Source of the DNA: Bryobacterales bacterium
GTDB lineage: Bacteria; Acidobacteriota; Terriglobia; Bryobacterales; UBA6623
Direction: 5' to 3'
DNA length: 64,000 bases
Assembly: GCA_965242705.1 (NCBI GenBank)
Contig: OZ251486.1
Span: forward strand, 2,412,255 to 2,476,254
A program made the translations under genes and the position numbers. Positions 28,102 to 38,495 of the stretch are shown piece by piece. Position 1 is the first letter of the stretch. The number at the start of each line of letters is the position of its first letter. The notes below the pieces were generated by a model. That model had not been told where the DNA came from. It saw only the letters and a program-made list of their open reading frames with translations, and made no database searches.

Positions 28102-29976
28102 TTATGAAATTTCATATCTTTTTGCCTGTTTCATGTCTTCTTTTGAACTGTGCTCAGCCGGCGCCGTAAAGCCGGCGCGAACGCCGCGGCTCGACGCCTC
28201 GACCGCAAGCTCCACCCCGCCCCCGTAGCAGAGTTGCAGCCGGCGCCTGACGTTGCGCAATCCATGCCCCGCCGTTTCCGCCGCGCCGAGGCTCATGCCG
28301 GCGCCGTTGTCGATCACCTCGACCGCCAGATCTCCATGGATCCGCCGGGCGCGGACCGTGACTTCGCCGCCCTCCGGCTTCTCGCTGATTCCGTGCTTGA
28401 CGGCGTTTTCCACCAAGGGCTGGATGGAAAGCGCCGGCACGCTGACCGAGCGGGCGTCCGGTTCCACTTCGACCCGCACCGACAGCCTGTTTCCCAAGCG
28501 CAGCCGTTCGATGTCGAGATAGGCCTCGACCACGCGCATCTCTTCGTCGAGCGGCGCCATCTGGCGCTTGCTTTCCAGCGAATAGCGGAAAACCTCGGCA
28601 AGGTTGGCAAGAGTCTTGCGGGCGTCCGCGGCGGCCCGCGGAATGATGCCGTAAAGCGCGTTCAGCGCATTGAACAGAAAGTGAGGATTGATCTGCGCGC
28701 GAAGGGCTTGCAGTTCGGTTTCCGAGAGCAGATTTTGCTGTTCCTCGCGGCGCAGGCTGTCGATGCGATCGTTGACCGCGGCCGCAAGCAGTTCGAGATC
28801 GGCCGCATCGCCGCTCAAATAGGGGCGTCCGCCCTCCCGCGGCCCCAGCAGCAGCGTGCGCGCCTTGTGCGGCGCAACGCGGAACACAACCGCCGCCTCG
28901 GCCCAGGAATTCGCCGCAGGCCGCAATCGATCCGCCCATTGCCCATGAAAAACGTGTGCGCCGAGGGGCATGCCCCCGTCCCCGGCATCGAGCAGACGCC
29001 AATGCCTGACGGAAAAAAAGCGGGCGATCCGCTTGGCCGCGGCCTGCAAGAAAGCGTCCCCGCCGCCGGTTATTGCGCGAATGCCGTCAGCGGCCGCGCG
29101 AACGTCCCCGCGGCGGAAAAGGGCCGCTTCGGCCCACCGCCGCATCTTCCCGGCCGCGTAGGGATAGCCCAGAATCGCCGCGCAGGTCAACACGACGAAA
29201 ACAACTAGGCGCACGGCGTCCGCGTCCTGAAATTGCAGCAGTCCCAATCGGTTGCCGGTGGTTAGCAGGGCGGCGGCCAGTCCGGCGGAAAACACGGCTG
29301 CGCCGACCACTCGCACGAAGACGTCGAGCAGCAGAAAGCGAAAGTCCTGGAGCAGCACGAACAGCGCCAGCGGCATGCCCGCGTGGTGGAAGATCAACTC
29401 GCGCCCCCACGACCCCGGCCCGTGTTCGGCGCCGAAGTGGACGAACGACGCCGCAAGCAGAAACAGCGCCATCGCCGTAACCGTGCGCATCCCTGCGGCG
29501 CGGCGCGCGGCGCGGCCTCTCGAAAGCAGGATCGCGGCGCCGACCGCCAAAGCGCCGAAGCCGAACGTGATGAGCCGGATGCCGAAGTCGTGGCCGGCAA
29601 TGCCCAAACCGAACGCTTCCTCAAGGTGGGCCGCGGCGGCAAGTCCGCCGATGGCGTACCCGCCGGCGCGCAGCCGCGGATGCTCCCGCCCCAGCGCAAG
29701 ATGCAGCAAGACGGACGGCAGCAGGCTCAACACCGTAAAGCTCAGCGACGCGACCAGTTCGCTCAACGCGCTGTTCGGTTCTCCCAGCACGACAATCAGA
29801 GAACCCAGATTCCACGACAAGGCAAGCGCCGCCGCCGCGCCGGGAGCCGCGGTCTCCGCGCGGGAACGCCGCATCGGCGCGCGGAAAATCAGCCAAAGGA
29901 AAGCGCCGAAAACGACAACTCCGGCAACATGTCCCAAAGCATTCGTCAAAATCGAAAGGTGCGGGGCGGTATCCAT
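28102..29976 (-). CDS. LytS/YehU-type sensor histidine kinase
   Basis: 'ELQALRAQINPHFLFNALN', 'IQPLVENAVKHG', 'GHGLRNVRRRL'. Confidence 0.92.
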   Translation of the reverse strand: MDTAPHLSILTNALGHVAGVVVFGAFLWLIFRAPMRRSRAETAAPGAAAALALSWNLGSLIVVLGEPNSALSELVASLSFTVLSLLPSVLLHLALGREHPRLRAGGYAIGGLAAAAHLEEAFGLGIAGHDFGIRLITFGFGALAVGAAILLSRGRAARRAAGMRTVTAMALFLLAASFVHFGAEHGPGSWGRELIFHHAGMPLALFVLLQDFRFLLLDVFVRVVGAAVFSAGLAAALLTTGNRLGLLQFQDADAVRLVVFVVLTCAAILGYPYAAGKMRRWAEAALFRRGDVRAAADGIRAITGGGDAFLQAAAKRIARFFSVRHWRLLDAGDGGMPLGAHVFHGQWADRLRPAANSWAEAAVVFRVAPHKARTLLLGPREGGRPYLSGDAADLELLAAAVNDRIDSLRREEQQNLLSETELQALRAQINPHFLFNALNALYGIIPRAAADARKTLANLAEVFRYSLESKRQMAPLDEEMRVVEAYLDIERLRLGNRLSVRVEVEPDARSVSVPALSIQPLVENAVKHGISEKPEGGEVTVRARRIHGDLAVEVIDNGAGMSLGAAETAGHGLRNVRRRLQLCYGGGVELAVEASSRGVRAGFTAPAEHSSKEDMKQAKRYEIS

Positions 29977-30040
29977 GCGGGGCAGGTTGAGACAGGGCGG
30001 AAACGGCGGCCGACAGACTCATTAGAGCACTACCGGCTCA

Positions 30041-30300
30041 CCAGGAAAGCTCTGCGCAAGCAGGCGCCGGCGGCGGGCGCAGTCCCCCGGCTCACAATCC
30101 CCCAATTCAAAAACCCCGATTCAAAAACACTGCGCAGCCGTCAAGCATGACGGGGTTCATGCAGCGAAAAGAAGGGCTTCATGCACGGATTGTTCGCCTT
30201 GTTCGCCAATGATCGCCTGAGCTCACTTATTTTCGACGCCGCGCCGCCGAAAATCGATCGCATGGCTTCAGAGCTTCCTTCACTGAAGCCGTGCGGTTTC
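30041..30300 (+). repeat. dispersed intergenic repeat, copy C
   Basis: 'CAGGAAAGCTCTGCGCAAGCAGGCGCCGGCGGCGGGCGCAG' identical to the start of copy D, then the CCGTCA-AGCA-TGACGG core. Confidence 0.85.
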
Positions 30301-30471
30301 ACCTGGCCCCCAACCCCTGCCGCAGCGCTCCGCCTGCGGCGGCGTCCATGCCGTTTGCGCGCTAAAACGGCCCGTTTGCGGAAAGTGTTTGAGCCGCCGC
30401 CCGCGGCGCCTGTATCGTTATTTTTAGAGAGTGGCGGGTTTTCTCCCCCGCCGCAAAAAACCGCCGGACGC

Positions 30472-31233
30472 ATGGCAGAGCAGATTTTACGCACGCTGAT
30501 CGTGGACGACGAGCCCATCGCCCGCGCCGTTCTGGCGGAAGAGCTCGCCGATTTCGACGACGTCGAAGTCGTCGGAGAAGCGGGCAACGGCGAGGAAGCC
30601 CTGCGCCGCATCGACGAGCTTGCGCCGGATCTGCTGCTGCTCGACATCCAGATGCCGGCCAAAGACGGCTTCGAGTTGGCCCGCGGCATACGCGGCCCCC
30701 TGCCGGCGATCGTTTTCGTGACCGCCTACAGCGAGCACGCGCTGCGCGCTTTCGAAGTCGGCGCGGTGGATTACTTGCTGAAACCGATCGCCGTCGAGCG
30801 CTTGCGGCAGGCGTTGGACCGGGCCCGGGAATCGCGCCGCGGCCCGGCCGAGAGCGCCGAGCGAGTGGCCATGATGCTCAACGCCGAGGGCCTTTCCCGC
30901 GGCCGGCGGAAACTGAAAATCGCCGCCCGCTCCGCCGCCGATACCTACCTGCTCGACCTCGACGAAGTTTACGCCTTCCAGGCCGACGGCGAGATCGTCT
31001 GGATACTCACCGCCGACAAAAGATTCATGGCCGGGCAGACCTTGCAGGGGCTGGACGACCGCTTGCAGGGTACGCAGTTCCAGCGCATTCACCGCTCGGC
31101 GATCGTCAATACCGACAGGGTGCGCAAGGTGAACGCCCTGAGCAGCCGCCGTTGGCTGCTGACCCTGGCCAACGGCTTGCAGTTCACCGTAAGCAAGCGG
31201 CAGGGCGCCTTCATACGCGGTCTGCTGCGCTGA
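30472..31233 (+). CDS. LytTR family response regulator
   Basis: REC 'IVDDEPIAR...LLDIQMP...FVTAY...DYLLKP' plus LytTR 'FQRIHRSAIVN'; ATG 30472; divergent from the LytS-type kinase. Confidence 0.93.
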   Translation: MAEQILRTLIVDDEPIARAVLAEELADFDDVEVVGEAGNGEEALRRIDELAPDLLLLDIQMPAKDGFELARGIRGPLPAIVFVTAYSEHALRAFEVGAVDYLLKPIAVERLRQALDRARESRRGPAESAERVAMMLNAEGLSRGRRKLKIAARSAADTYLLDLDEVYAFQADGEIVWILTADKRFMAGQTLQGLDDRLQGTQFQRIHRSAIVNTDRVRKVNALSSRRWLLTLANGLQFTVSKRQGAFIRGLLR

Positions 31234-31276
31234 CCCGCTGCTCGTGACCCGCCGACCCGTGAAATAATGGCGCAAG

Positions 31277-31324
31277 CCGCTATTCCACGGTGCCCTTATT
31301 CCACGGCGCCGCTATTCCACGGCA
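31277..31324. repeat. 3 x 16-bp imperfect tandem repeat copying the last codons and stop of NHL paralog 2
   Basis: CCGCTATTCCACGG(T/C)G-type units, reading GTG-GAA-TAG/TAA on the minus strand. Confidence 0.8.
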
Positions 31325-34300
31325 ATGGTGACGCCGGGCTGGCTTCTGGCGCCGCCCACTTCGAGATACACTTCCAGCGCGTCGTTCGGCGCTATGCCCG
31401 CCGGAACCCGTGCCAGGATTACGTTGACGCCCACCAGCGACGGCGCTCCGCCCGCGAACAGCACGTCCTCCGCCGCCAAAGGCTGCGACCCCAGCCACAC
31501 CCGCACCGCCACAGCAGCATGCCGCAGCACCGCTGCGCCCCCCGCCTCGCCGTCCGACGGCGCAGGCTCCAGCGCGCCCAAGCCCGTCGCGTAGATCTCC
31601 AGCACGTCCCCCGCTCTCGCCGGTCGCGCCGCCCCCTCGCCGTAGCCCCGCGGCGCCGCCAACTCGGCCGTCCCCGCAAATACGATCGATCCCTGTCCCG
31701 CTCCCGCGCCCTCTACCGTGAACACGCCCGGCGCTTGCGCCGCCGCGTGGAAAAAGCGCGCGTAGCTCACGCCCTGCTCCGTCTCCACCTCCACCGAAGC
31801 CAACGCCGTGCGAGCGCCCTCGGGCAGCAGACCCGACGGCAACTGCGCCGCGATGCGCCCCGACTCCACCGTAAACAGCGGCGCCGCCTGCCCCTCGATC
31901 AGCACCCGCGTCCCGCCCAGGCTCCGCGGCAGCGGCAAGCCCTCCGCCGAAGCCGTCCCATCGGCGGCCAAGTTCCGCCCGCGGATCTCCACTACCGACC
32001 CGGGCGCCACCGGCAGAATGCGCGGCCCGAACAGCCCGGGCTCCCCGTAGGCGCTCTGCCGCGCCGCGTTGAGCACTCCGCCGTTCTCCGTCACGTCCGG
32101 CCCCGTCGGCGGCGGAACCTCCAGCACGATGCGGATCGTCGCCGTCAGCCGACCGTTGGAGCGGATGTACAGCCGTCCGTTGTGGGTTCCCTCGCGCAGC
32201 CCCAGCGGGTTGACCGTCACCTGCAGCGCCACCGTCTCGCCCTGCTCCAGACGCCCCCGCCACTGAGCCGCGCCGCCTTCCGCCCGCGTGACCTCGATCC
32301 AGCGCGCGCTGGGTATGGCTTGGTAGTCCACCGCGCCGTTTTCGGCGCGCAGCGTCAGCGTCTTCGACGTCGGCTCGGAATCTTCCGCCGGCTCGAACGT
32401 CAACTCCGTGACGCCGCCCACCGGCTGCGCCTCGGGCTCCGGCTGTCCCGAACCCGACCCTGTATCCGTTCCCGGCTCCGTCGGCTCATCCGGCTGCAGC
32501 GTCAGCATCAGCTTGCGCACGCGGTGGTTGTTGCTATCGGCGACGTAGATGTTGCCTGACGAGTCCGCCGCCACGCCGTAGGGTCGGTTGAGCTGCGCCG
32601 AAGCCGCCAGGCCCCCGTCCCCGCTGAAGCCCGCCGTCCCCGCCCCGGCGATGGTCTCGATGCTCCCCGATGTATCCACCCGGCGGATGCGGTTGTTGGA
32701 ATAATCGGCGATATACAGGTTGCCCGCAGCGTCCAGAGTCAGGCCGCGGGGGAAGTTGAGCCGCGCCGCCGTCGCCAAGCCGCCGTCGCCGCTCGAGCCG
32801 GAAGTCCCCGTTCCCGCGACGGTCGAGATATTCCCCGTGGAAGCATCGATCTTGCGAATGCGCTGGCCGAACGTATCGCTGATATAGACGTTGCCCGACG
32901 AGTCCACGGCTATGCCCGCGGGGTTGTTCACCTGCGCCGCCGTCGCCAAGCCGCCGTCCCCGCTCGAGCTGGAACCCCCCATGCCCGCGATAGTCTCGAT
33001 GTTGCCCGTGGAAACCGTCACCTTGCGGATGCGGTTGTTCGTCGAGTCCGCGATATAAACGTCGCCCGACGAGTCCACCGCTACGGCTTCGGGGCTGCTC
33101 AACGTCGCCGAGGTCGCCGCCCCGCCGTCGCCGGTGAACCCTGCCGTTCCCGTGCCCGCAAGGGCGGCGATATTGCCCGTGGAAACCGTCACCTTGCGGA
33201 TGCGGTTGTTGCCCGCATCGGCGATATAGACGTTGCCGTCGGAGTCCAGAGCCACGCCGCGGGGAAGGCTCAACGTCGCCGAGGTCGCCGCCGCGCCGTC
33301 GCCCGTATTCCCTGCCGTTCCCGTCCCCGCGATGGTCGAGATATTGCCCGTGGAAGCATCGATCTTGCGGATGCGGTTGTTCGTCGCATCGGCGATATAA
33401 ATGTTGCCCGCAGCGTCCGCAGCCGCGCCGCTGGGCAGATTCAACGACGCCGAAGACGCCGCCCCGCCGTCGCCGACGGCCGTCGGCCCCAGCCCGGCGA
33501 TGGTCGAAATGATCCCCGACGCGTCTATCTTGCGCACGTTGTTGGCGCCCGAATCGCCGATGTAGATGTTGCCCGCCGAGTCCACCGTCAGCTTGTCGGG
33601 TCTGCTCAACGTGGCCGAAGCCGCCGGGCCGCCGTCGCCGGTGCTCGACTGGACTCCCGTGCCGGCGATGGTCGAAATGTTGCCCGACGTATCCACCTTG
33701 CGGATGCGTTCGTTGAACGTATCGGCGATGTAAACGTTGCCCGAAGCGTCCGGCGCCACGTCGAGGGGGTTATTCACGGCCGCCGAAGTGGCCGCGCCGC
33801 CGTCGCCGGCGAAGCCGCTCGTCGCCGAGCCGGCAAAGACGGAGCTGGTCCCTGCGCTGGTCCGCTTGAAAATCCTGCTGGTGGAATTACTGGCGACCCA
33901 GACGTTGCCCGCCGCGTCCGCGCCCACGCCCTGTATCTGGCCCAAATTAACCCCACCTACCGCCGGCCCCATAATGGACGAGATGTTGCCCGTGGAAGCG
34001 GTCACCATGCGCACGCGGCTGTTGGTCAAATCGGCGATATAGACATTGTCCGACCCGTCCGTCGCCACGTCGTAAACATAGCCCATCGTCGCCGCCGTCG
34101 CCGCCCCGCCGTCGCCGCTGAAGCTTAGGGTTCCCGTGCCGGCGAAGGCGGCGATGTTGCCCGTGGAAAGGGTCACCTTGCGCACGCGGCTGTTGCCCGT
34201 ATCGGCGATGAGAACGTTGCCCGCCGAGTCCACGGCCACGCCGTAAGGTTCGTTCAACGTGGCCGAAGTGGCCGCCCCGCCGTCGCCGGCGTTGCCGGAG

Positions 34301-34629
34301 CTGCCCGTGCCGGCGAAGACCGAATAATTCTTGGTGGCGCCGTCGATGCGGATGACGCGGTGGTTGCTCACGTCGCCGATGTAGATGTTGCCGTTCGAGT
34401 CCACGGCCACGCCGCGGGGGCTGCTCAGCGTCGTCAGAACCGCCGTTCCGCCGCCCCCGGCGAACGCGTCGATGGTCCACGCGTACCTTTGCGCCGGGGC
34501 GCGCTGCGCACCCCAGTGGAGAGCGAACGCCGCCAACGCGGCGGCGGCCAAACGGCAGAGCCGCTTGGCGGTCACGGGCCGCGCGCCGCGAGTCACGGGC
34601 CGAAGACCGCGGGCCGCGAGCCGTTTCAC
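31312..34629 (-). CDS. secreted NHL-repeat protein with C-terminal TIGR03437-like domain, paralog 2
   Basis: Same architecture as 4130-7459 with a nearly identical C-terminal ~380 aa; GTG 34629 preceded by GGAGG, as in paralog 1. Confidence 0.88.
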   Translation of the reverse strand: MKRLAARGLRPVTRGARPVTAKRLCRLAAAALAAFALHWGAQRAPAQRYAWTIDAFAGGGGTAVLTTLSSPRGVAVDSNGNIYIGDVSNHRVIRIDGATKNYSVFAGTGSSGNAGDGGAATSATLNEPYGVAVDSAGNVLIADTGNSRVRKVTLSTGNIAAFAGTGTLSFSGDGGAATAATMGYVYDVATDGSDNVYIADLTNSRVRMVTASTGNISSIMGPAVGGVNLGQIQGVGADAAGNVWVASNSTSRIFKRTSAGTSSVFAGSATSGFAGDGGAATSAAVNNPLDVAPDASGNVYIADTFNERIRKVDTSGNISTIAGTGVQSSTGDGGPAASATLSRPDKLTVDSAGNIYIGDSGANNVRKIDASGIISTIAGLGPTAVGDGGAASSASLNLPSGAAADAAGNIYIADATNNRIRKIDASTGNISTIAGTGTAGNTGDGAAATSATLSLPRGVALDSDGNVYIADAGNNRIRKVTVSTGNIAALAGTGTAGFTGDGGAATSATLSSPEAVAVDSSGDVYIADSTNNRIRKVTVSTGNIETIAGMGGSSSSGDGGLATAAQVNNPAGIAVDSSGNVYISDTFGQRIRKIDASTGNISTVAGTGTSGSSGDGGLATAARLNFPRGLTLDAAGNLYIADYSNNRIRRVDTSGSIETIAGAGTAGFSGDGGLAASAQLNRPYGVAADSSGNIYVADSNNHRVRKLMLTLQPDEPTEPGTDTGSGSGQPEPEAQPVGGVTELTFEPAEDSEPTSKTLTLRAENGAVDYQAIPSARWIEVTRAEGGAAQWRGRLEQGETVALQVTVNPLGLREGTHNGRLYIRSNGRLTATIRIVLEVPPPTGPDVTENGGVLNAARQSAYGEPGLFGPRILPVAPGSVVEIRGRNLAADGTASAEGLPLPRSLGGTRVLIEGQAAPLFTVESGRIAAQLPSGLLPEGARTALASVEVETEQGVSYARFFHAAAQAPGVFTVEGAGAGQGSIVFAGTAELAAPRGYGEGAARPARAGDVLEIYATGLGALEPAPSDGEAGGAAVLRHAAVAVRVWLGSQPLAAEDVLFAGGAPSLVGVNVILARVPAGIAPNDALEVYLEVGGARSQPGVTIAVE

Positions 34630-34630
34630 G

Positions 34631-34654
34631 GCCGCGCCTCCCGGCAGGCGCGGC
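34631..34654 (-). promoter_or_regulatory. hairpin sequestering the SD of NHL paralog 2
   Basis: GCCGCGCCT-GCCGGG-AGGCGCGGC-C-GTG; stem identical to paralog 1, one loop change. Confidence 0.7.
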
Positions 34655-34669
34655 GGCGCGCAGTTTGCC

Positions 34670-34720
34670 CTACCTGAATTTGCGGGGGGGGGTAAAACGG
34701 GACATGCCAACGTTGCTCAT
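34670..34720 (-). CDS. putative leader peptide (uORF) MSNVGMSRFTPPRKFR containing a C9 tract
   Basis: GGAG 8 nt upstream of ATG 34720; TAG at 34670-34672; G9 at 34684-34692. Confidence 0.55.
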   Translation of the reverse strand: MSNVGMSRFTPPRKFR

Positions 34721-34746
34721 CAGGCGATCTCCAAACTGAAACCGAC

Positions 34747-34775
34747 AATATAACATCCCGCGGAAAAAACCGCAA
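34747..34775 (-). promoter_or_regulatory. sigma70-type promoter with extended -10 for NHL paralog 2
   Basis: TTGCGG-N17-TATATT with TG extension. Confidence 0.65.
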
Positions 34776-34814
34776 TACAACATCGCTATAAAAAATGTTT
34801 TTTGCGGCGCCTCC

Positions 34815-36953
34815 CTAACCCCCAATCCCTGCCGCGCCGCTCCGCGGCGCGGCCTTTCCATCCCTTCCCTGTCGGGCGAACAGGTCGCCGGGGTCGGTAA
34901 CGGGCTGCCGGCAAACGTAGTTGCGGCAGACGTAGGCGGCCGGCGCTCCGCCGACCGCCGTCTTGCCCGCCAGCAACGGAACGCGCGCGGCGGCGGCGTC
35001 TTGCGGAGCGCAGCGGGCGACGACCTTGTTGGGGCGGTAGCCGGCATGGACTTCGGCCAGCAGGCTCTGCGTTCGCGGGTCGTCCGGCTCGCCGACAACG
35101 GCGATCTCGTCGAAGCCGCGATGCCAGGCGTCGAGCGCGCACAGCAGCCGTTCCTGCTGGAAGACGGCGCGCAGCGAGTCGCCGCTGAAAACACGCAGGA
35201 TGCGCTCGGCCTTCTGCTTGTAATCGTCCCGTCCCAGCAGCGCCGCCAGTTTTTGCAGCACGAGCGCCATGGTCGAATTGGCCGACGGCACGGCGCCGTC
35301 ATGCGCCGTCTTCGTCCGCACCAGCAACTTTTCGTGATCGGACGCGGTAAAGAAAAATCCGCCATTCTCGGCGTCCCAATAGAACGCGGCCAGAGTGTCG
35401 GTCAACGCTTGGGCTTCGTCCAGGAAGGCGGGGTCGCCGTTCCATTCGTAAAGCGCGATGAGTCCCTCGATGAGAAAGGCGTAGTCGCTGCTGTAGGCGG
35501 TCAGCCGCGCTTTTCCCTTGCCGTAGCTCGCCGGCAGCCGGCCGTCCCGGCGGGCTTCGCGCAGCAGAAAACGCGCGGCTCTCGCTCCGGCTTCGCCGTA
35601 ACGAGGCTCTTGCAGGACGACGGCGGCCTTGGCCAGGGCGGCAATCATCAGGCCGTTCCAACCGGTCAGTATCTTGTCGTCGAGGCCGGGGCGCGGCCGG
35701 TTTTCGCGGACGGCGAACAGTTTGGCCCGCGACGCGGCCAACGAAGCCTCGACCTGCTCGGGCGCCGCGCCGTCGAGCTTGGCGATGACCTCGGCGGGGC
35801 GCACGATCTGCAGCACGTTTTTCGGTCCCGCGGGGACATGCGCGTCGCCGGGGTGCATCCAGTTGCCGTATTCGGAAACGTCGTAGTGCGCGGCGAACGT
35901 CTTGGCTTCCCGCTCCCCCAGCACTTCGCGGATTTCGTCCCGCGTCCAGATGTAGAACTTGCCTTCGAGGCCTTCGCTGTCGGCGTCTTCGCTGGAGTAG
36001 AAAGCCCCTTGCGGAGCGGTCAGATCGCGCAGCACGTAATCGCAGATGCCGCGGGCGCGGTCGGCGAACAACCGCTTGCGCCGCGGGTCGCCGGAGGCTT
36101 GGCAAGCGTCGAGGAAAATCGAGGCGACCAGCGCCTGATCGTAGAGCATCTTTTCGAAATGGGGGACGAGCCATTTGGGATCGGTGGCGTAACGGTGCAG
36201 TCCTCCGCCCAAGTGGTCGTAAATGCCGCCGTCGGCCATGCGCTCGAGCGTGATTTCGACGGCATCGCGGTAACGGGCGTCCCCGGTTGCGTCGAAGGCG
36301 CGCAGCAGCAGGTCCAGCGAAAGGCTCTGCGGGAACTTGTTGGCGCCGCTCGCAATGCCTCCCAGCGAGAGGTCGAACGCGCGGTAAACGGCGTCGGCCG
36401 CGGCGGCGGCGCGCTCTTTTTCCGGTAAGACGCCCGCTTCGCCCGCCGAATGGATCTGCTTGACGGCTTCGACGACGCGCGAGGCGTCGGCCAGCAGCGC
36501 CTCGCCCTCGTTGCGCCATTTCTCATGAATCAGGCGCAGCAGCGTCTTGAAGCCCGGCCGCCCGTAGGCGTTGTCTTTGGGGAAATAGGTTCCGGCGTAA
36601 ACGGGGCGCAGGTCGGGGGCGAGGAAGACGCTCATGGGCCAGCCGCCGTGGCCGCCCGTGAACAGCATCGTGGCCGACATGTAGATTTCGTCGAGGTCGG
36701 GGCGCTCTTCGCGGTCAACCTTGACGGGAACGAAATCGCGGTTGAGCGCGGCGGCGACCTCGGCGTCCTCGAACGACTCGTGCTCCATCACGTGGCACCA
36801 GTGGCAGGCCGCGTAGCCGATGCTGAGAAAAATCAGCTTGTTTTCGCCGCGCGCTTGGGACAGCGCTTCTTCGCCCCAGGGAAGCCAGTCCACCGGGTTG
36901 TTCGCGTGCTGCAGCAAATAGGGGCTGGCTTCCGCGGCAAGACGGTTGGGCAT
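34815..36953 (-). CDS. thioredoxin domain-containing protein YyaL/DUF255 family
   Basis: '[21 protein letters not shown]', '[14 protein letters not shown]', '[11 protein letters not shown]', '[11 protein letters not shown]', '[11 protein letters not shown]'. Confidence 0.95.
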   Translation of the reverse strand: MPNRLAAEASPYLLQHANNPVDWLPWGEEALSQARGENKLIFLSIGYAACHWCHVMEHESFEDAEVAAALNRDFVPVKVDREERPDLDEIYMSATMLFTGGHGGWPMSVFLAPDLRPVYAGTYFPKDNAYGRPGFKTLLRLIHEKWRNEGEALLADASRVVEAVKQIHSAGEAGVLPEKERAAAAADAVYRAFDLSLGGIASGANKFPQSLSLDLLLRAFDATGDARYRDAVEITLERMADGGIYDHLGGGLHRYATDPKWLVPHFEKMLYDQALVASIFLDACQASGDPRRKRLFADRARGICDYVLRDLTAPQGAFYSSEDADSEGLEGKFYIWTRDEIREVLGEREAKTFAAHYDVSEYGNWMHPGDAHVPAGPKNVLQIVRPAEVIAKLDGAAPEQVEASLAASRAKLFAVRENRPRPGLDDKILTGWNGLMIAALAKAAVVLQEPRYGEAGARAARFLLREARRDGRLPASYGKGKARLTAYSSDYAFLIEGLIALYEWNGDPAFLDEAQALTDTLAAFYWDAENGGFFFTASDHEKLLVRTKTAHDGAVPSANSTMALVLQKLAALLGRDDYKQKAERILRVFSGDSLRAVFQQERLLCALDAWHRGFDEIAVVGEPDDPRTQSLLAEVHAGYRPNKVVARCAPQDAAAARVPLLAGKTAVGGAPAAYVCRNYVCRQPVTDPGDLFARQGRDGKAAPRSGAAGIGG

Positions 36954-37040
36954 AAGCTGCGATGGTAGCAGGCGGTTCCGCCGGCGGCGGACTGCTACGA
37001 TAACGAATCGAGCCTGTTGCGGGTCGATGGAGGCTGCCCC

Positions 37041-38456
37041 ATGAAAACGAAACGAAACGCCCTTGCCGCGGCCGCCGCGCTTCCGGCCGCGCTTCTCTGC
37101 GCCGCGCCCGCCGCGGCCCAGCAAAGCGAGGCCACCAGGCGGCTGCTCGAGCGCAACAAGATGTTCGAGCCGCGCATCGTCAAGGTCGCCGACAACGTTT
37201 ACACCGCAATCGGCTATCAGGTCAGCGCCAACTCGATGATTGTCGGCGAGGACGGGGTGATTATCGTCGATCCCGGCCAGGCGCCGCCGTTTGCGGCGAA
37301 GGTGCGCGCGGAGTTCGACAAGATCGCGGCGAAACCGGTCAAGGCGATCATCTATACCCACGGCCACGGCGACCACACCAACGGCGCGCCGGCGTTTTTC
37401 GAGCCGGGGAAAGGCATCCAGGTCTGGGCGCGCTCGAACTTCGGCTCGGAAGGGGCGCTGCTCGCCGCAAAGGGGCTGGCCGGAGGCATGCGGCCTTCGA
37501 ATACCCAAGGGTTCGATCTGCTGCCGGAACAGAAGATCAGCATCGGCATCGCCATCCCGCCCGCCCGCCGTCCGGCGGGAAACATGATGCAGGACGGCAT
37601 GCGCCGCGCCCCGGGCGCCGCCGCGCCCCCGAGCCGGCGCGGCGTTCCCGTGCCGCCCACGCATACCTTTGCGGAAGAACGCAAGGAACTCGAAATCGAG
37701 GGCGTCCGGCTCGAGCTGGTCGCCGCGCCCGGCGAAACCGCCGATCAGTTGTACGTCTGGCTCCCCGACCAGAGGGTCGTTTTCGCCGGCGACAATTTTT
37801 ATCAATCATGGCCGAACGTCTATCCGCTGCGCGGCACGGCGCGGCGCTCGCTGCGCGACTGGATCGCCGGCGTCGGCAAGATGGTGAAAGAAAACCCTCT
37901 GCACGTTGTCGGCGGACACACGGCGCCGATGCTCGGCAACGCCGTCGAGGTGCTGACGAATCAGCGCGACGCCATGCAATGGGTGCTCGACCGCACGATC
38001 GAGGGCATGCGCAAGTTCATGACCCCCGACGAGCTGGTCGAGTACGCCGCGCTGCCGGAGCGGTTCGCCAAGCTCGACTACCTGGCCGACTACTACGGAT
38101 CGGTCGAGGGCACGGTGCGCGATCTTTACGCCCAGGATCTCGGCTGGTTCGACGGCGATCCGTTGAGCCTGCACCGCGAGACCCCGCGCAAGCAGTCCGA
38201 GCGCATGGCCGACCTGGCCGGCGGCGTCGATGCGCTGCTCGAAAAAGCTCAGGCGGCGATGAACAACGACGACCCGCTTGGAGCGGCGCAACTTTTGCGG
38301 CACGTGATTCGCTTGCGGCCGGCGGACCGCGGCGCCAAGGCGATGATGGCCGACGCGCTGGCCGTCGTCGGCGAGCGCACCTTCAACGGCCCGGCGCGCA
38401 ACTACACCATTTCATCGTCGAACCGCTACCGCCGCCAAGCCGAAGGCAAGGAATAA
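37041..38456 (+). CDS. alkyl/aryl sulfatase (SdsA1-like metallo-beta-lactamase fold), secreted
   Basis: Signal peptide; '[10 protein letters not shown]', 'APGETADQ', 'PNVYPLRG', 'GWFDGDP'. Confidence 0.88.
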   Translation: MKTKRNALAAAAALPAALLCAAPAAAQQSEATRRLLERNKMFEPRIVKVADNVYTAIGYQVSANSMIVGEDGVIIVDPGQAPPFAAKVRAEFDKIAAKPVKAIIYTHGHGDHTNGAPAFFEPGKGIQVWARSNFGSEGALLAAKGLAGGMRPSNTQGFDLLPEQKISIGIAIPPARRPAGNMMQDGMRRAPGAAAPPSRRGVPVPPTHTFAEERKELEIEGVRLELVAAPGETADQLYVWLPDQRVVFAGDNFYQSWPNVYPLRGTARRSLRDWIAGVGKMVKENPLHVVGGHTAPMLGNAVEVLTNQRDAMQWVLDRTIEGMRKFMTPDELVEYAALPERFAKLDYLADYYGSVEGTVRDLYAQDLGWFDGDPLSLHRETPRKQSERMADLAGGVDALLEKAQAAMNNDDPLGAAQLLRHVIRLRPADRGAKAMMADALAVVGERTFNGPARNYTISSSNRYRRQAEGKE

Positions 38457-38495
38457 GGCGGAAGCCGGTCTTTTAACGAACTATCAGCCGAACCG

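Noticed and set aside
4130-34629. Diversity-generating retroelement (TR/VR pair) in the duplicated NHL or DUF1553 genes
   Set aside because: No reverse transcriptase in the window, and the differences are not confined to adenine positions.
34630-34710. TTG start at 34710 for NHL paralog 2 given by the ORF track
   Set aside because: No SD, and the equivalent codon is TCG in paralog 1; the GGAGG-preceded GTG at 34629 is conserved in both copies.
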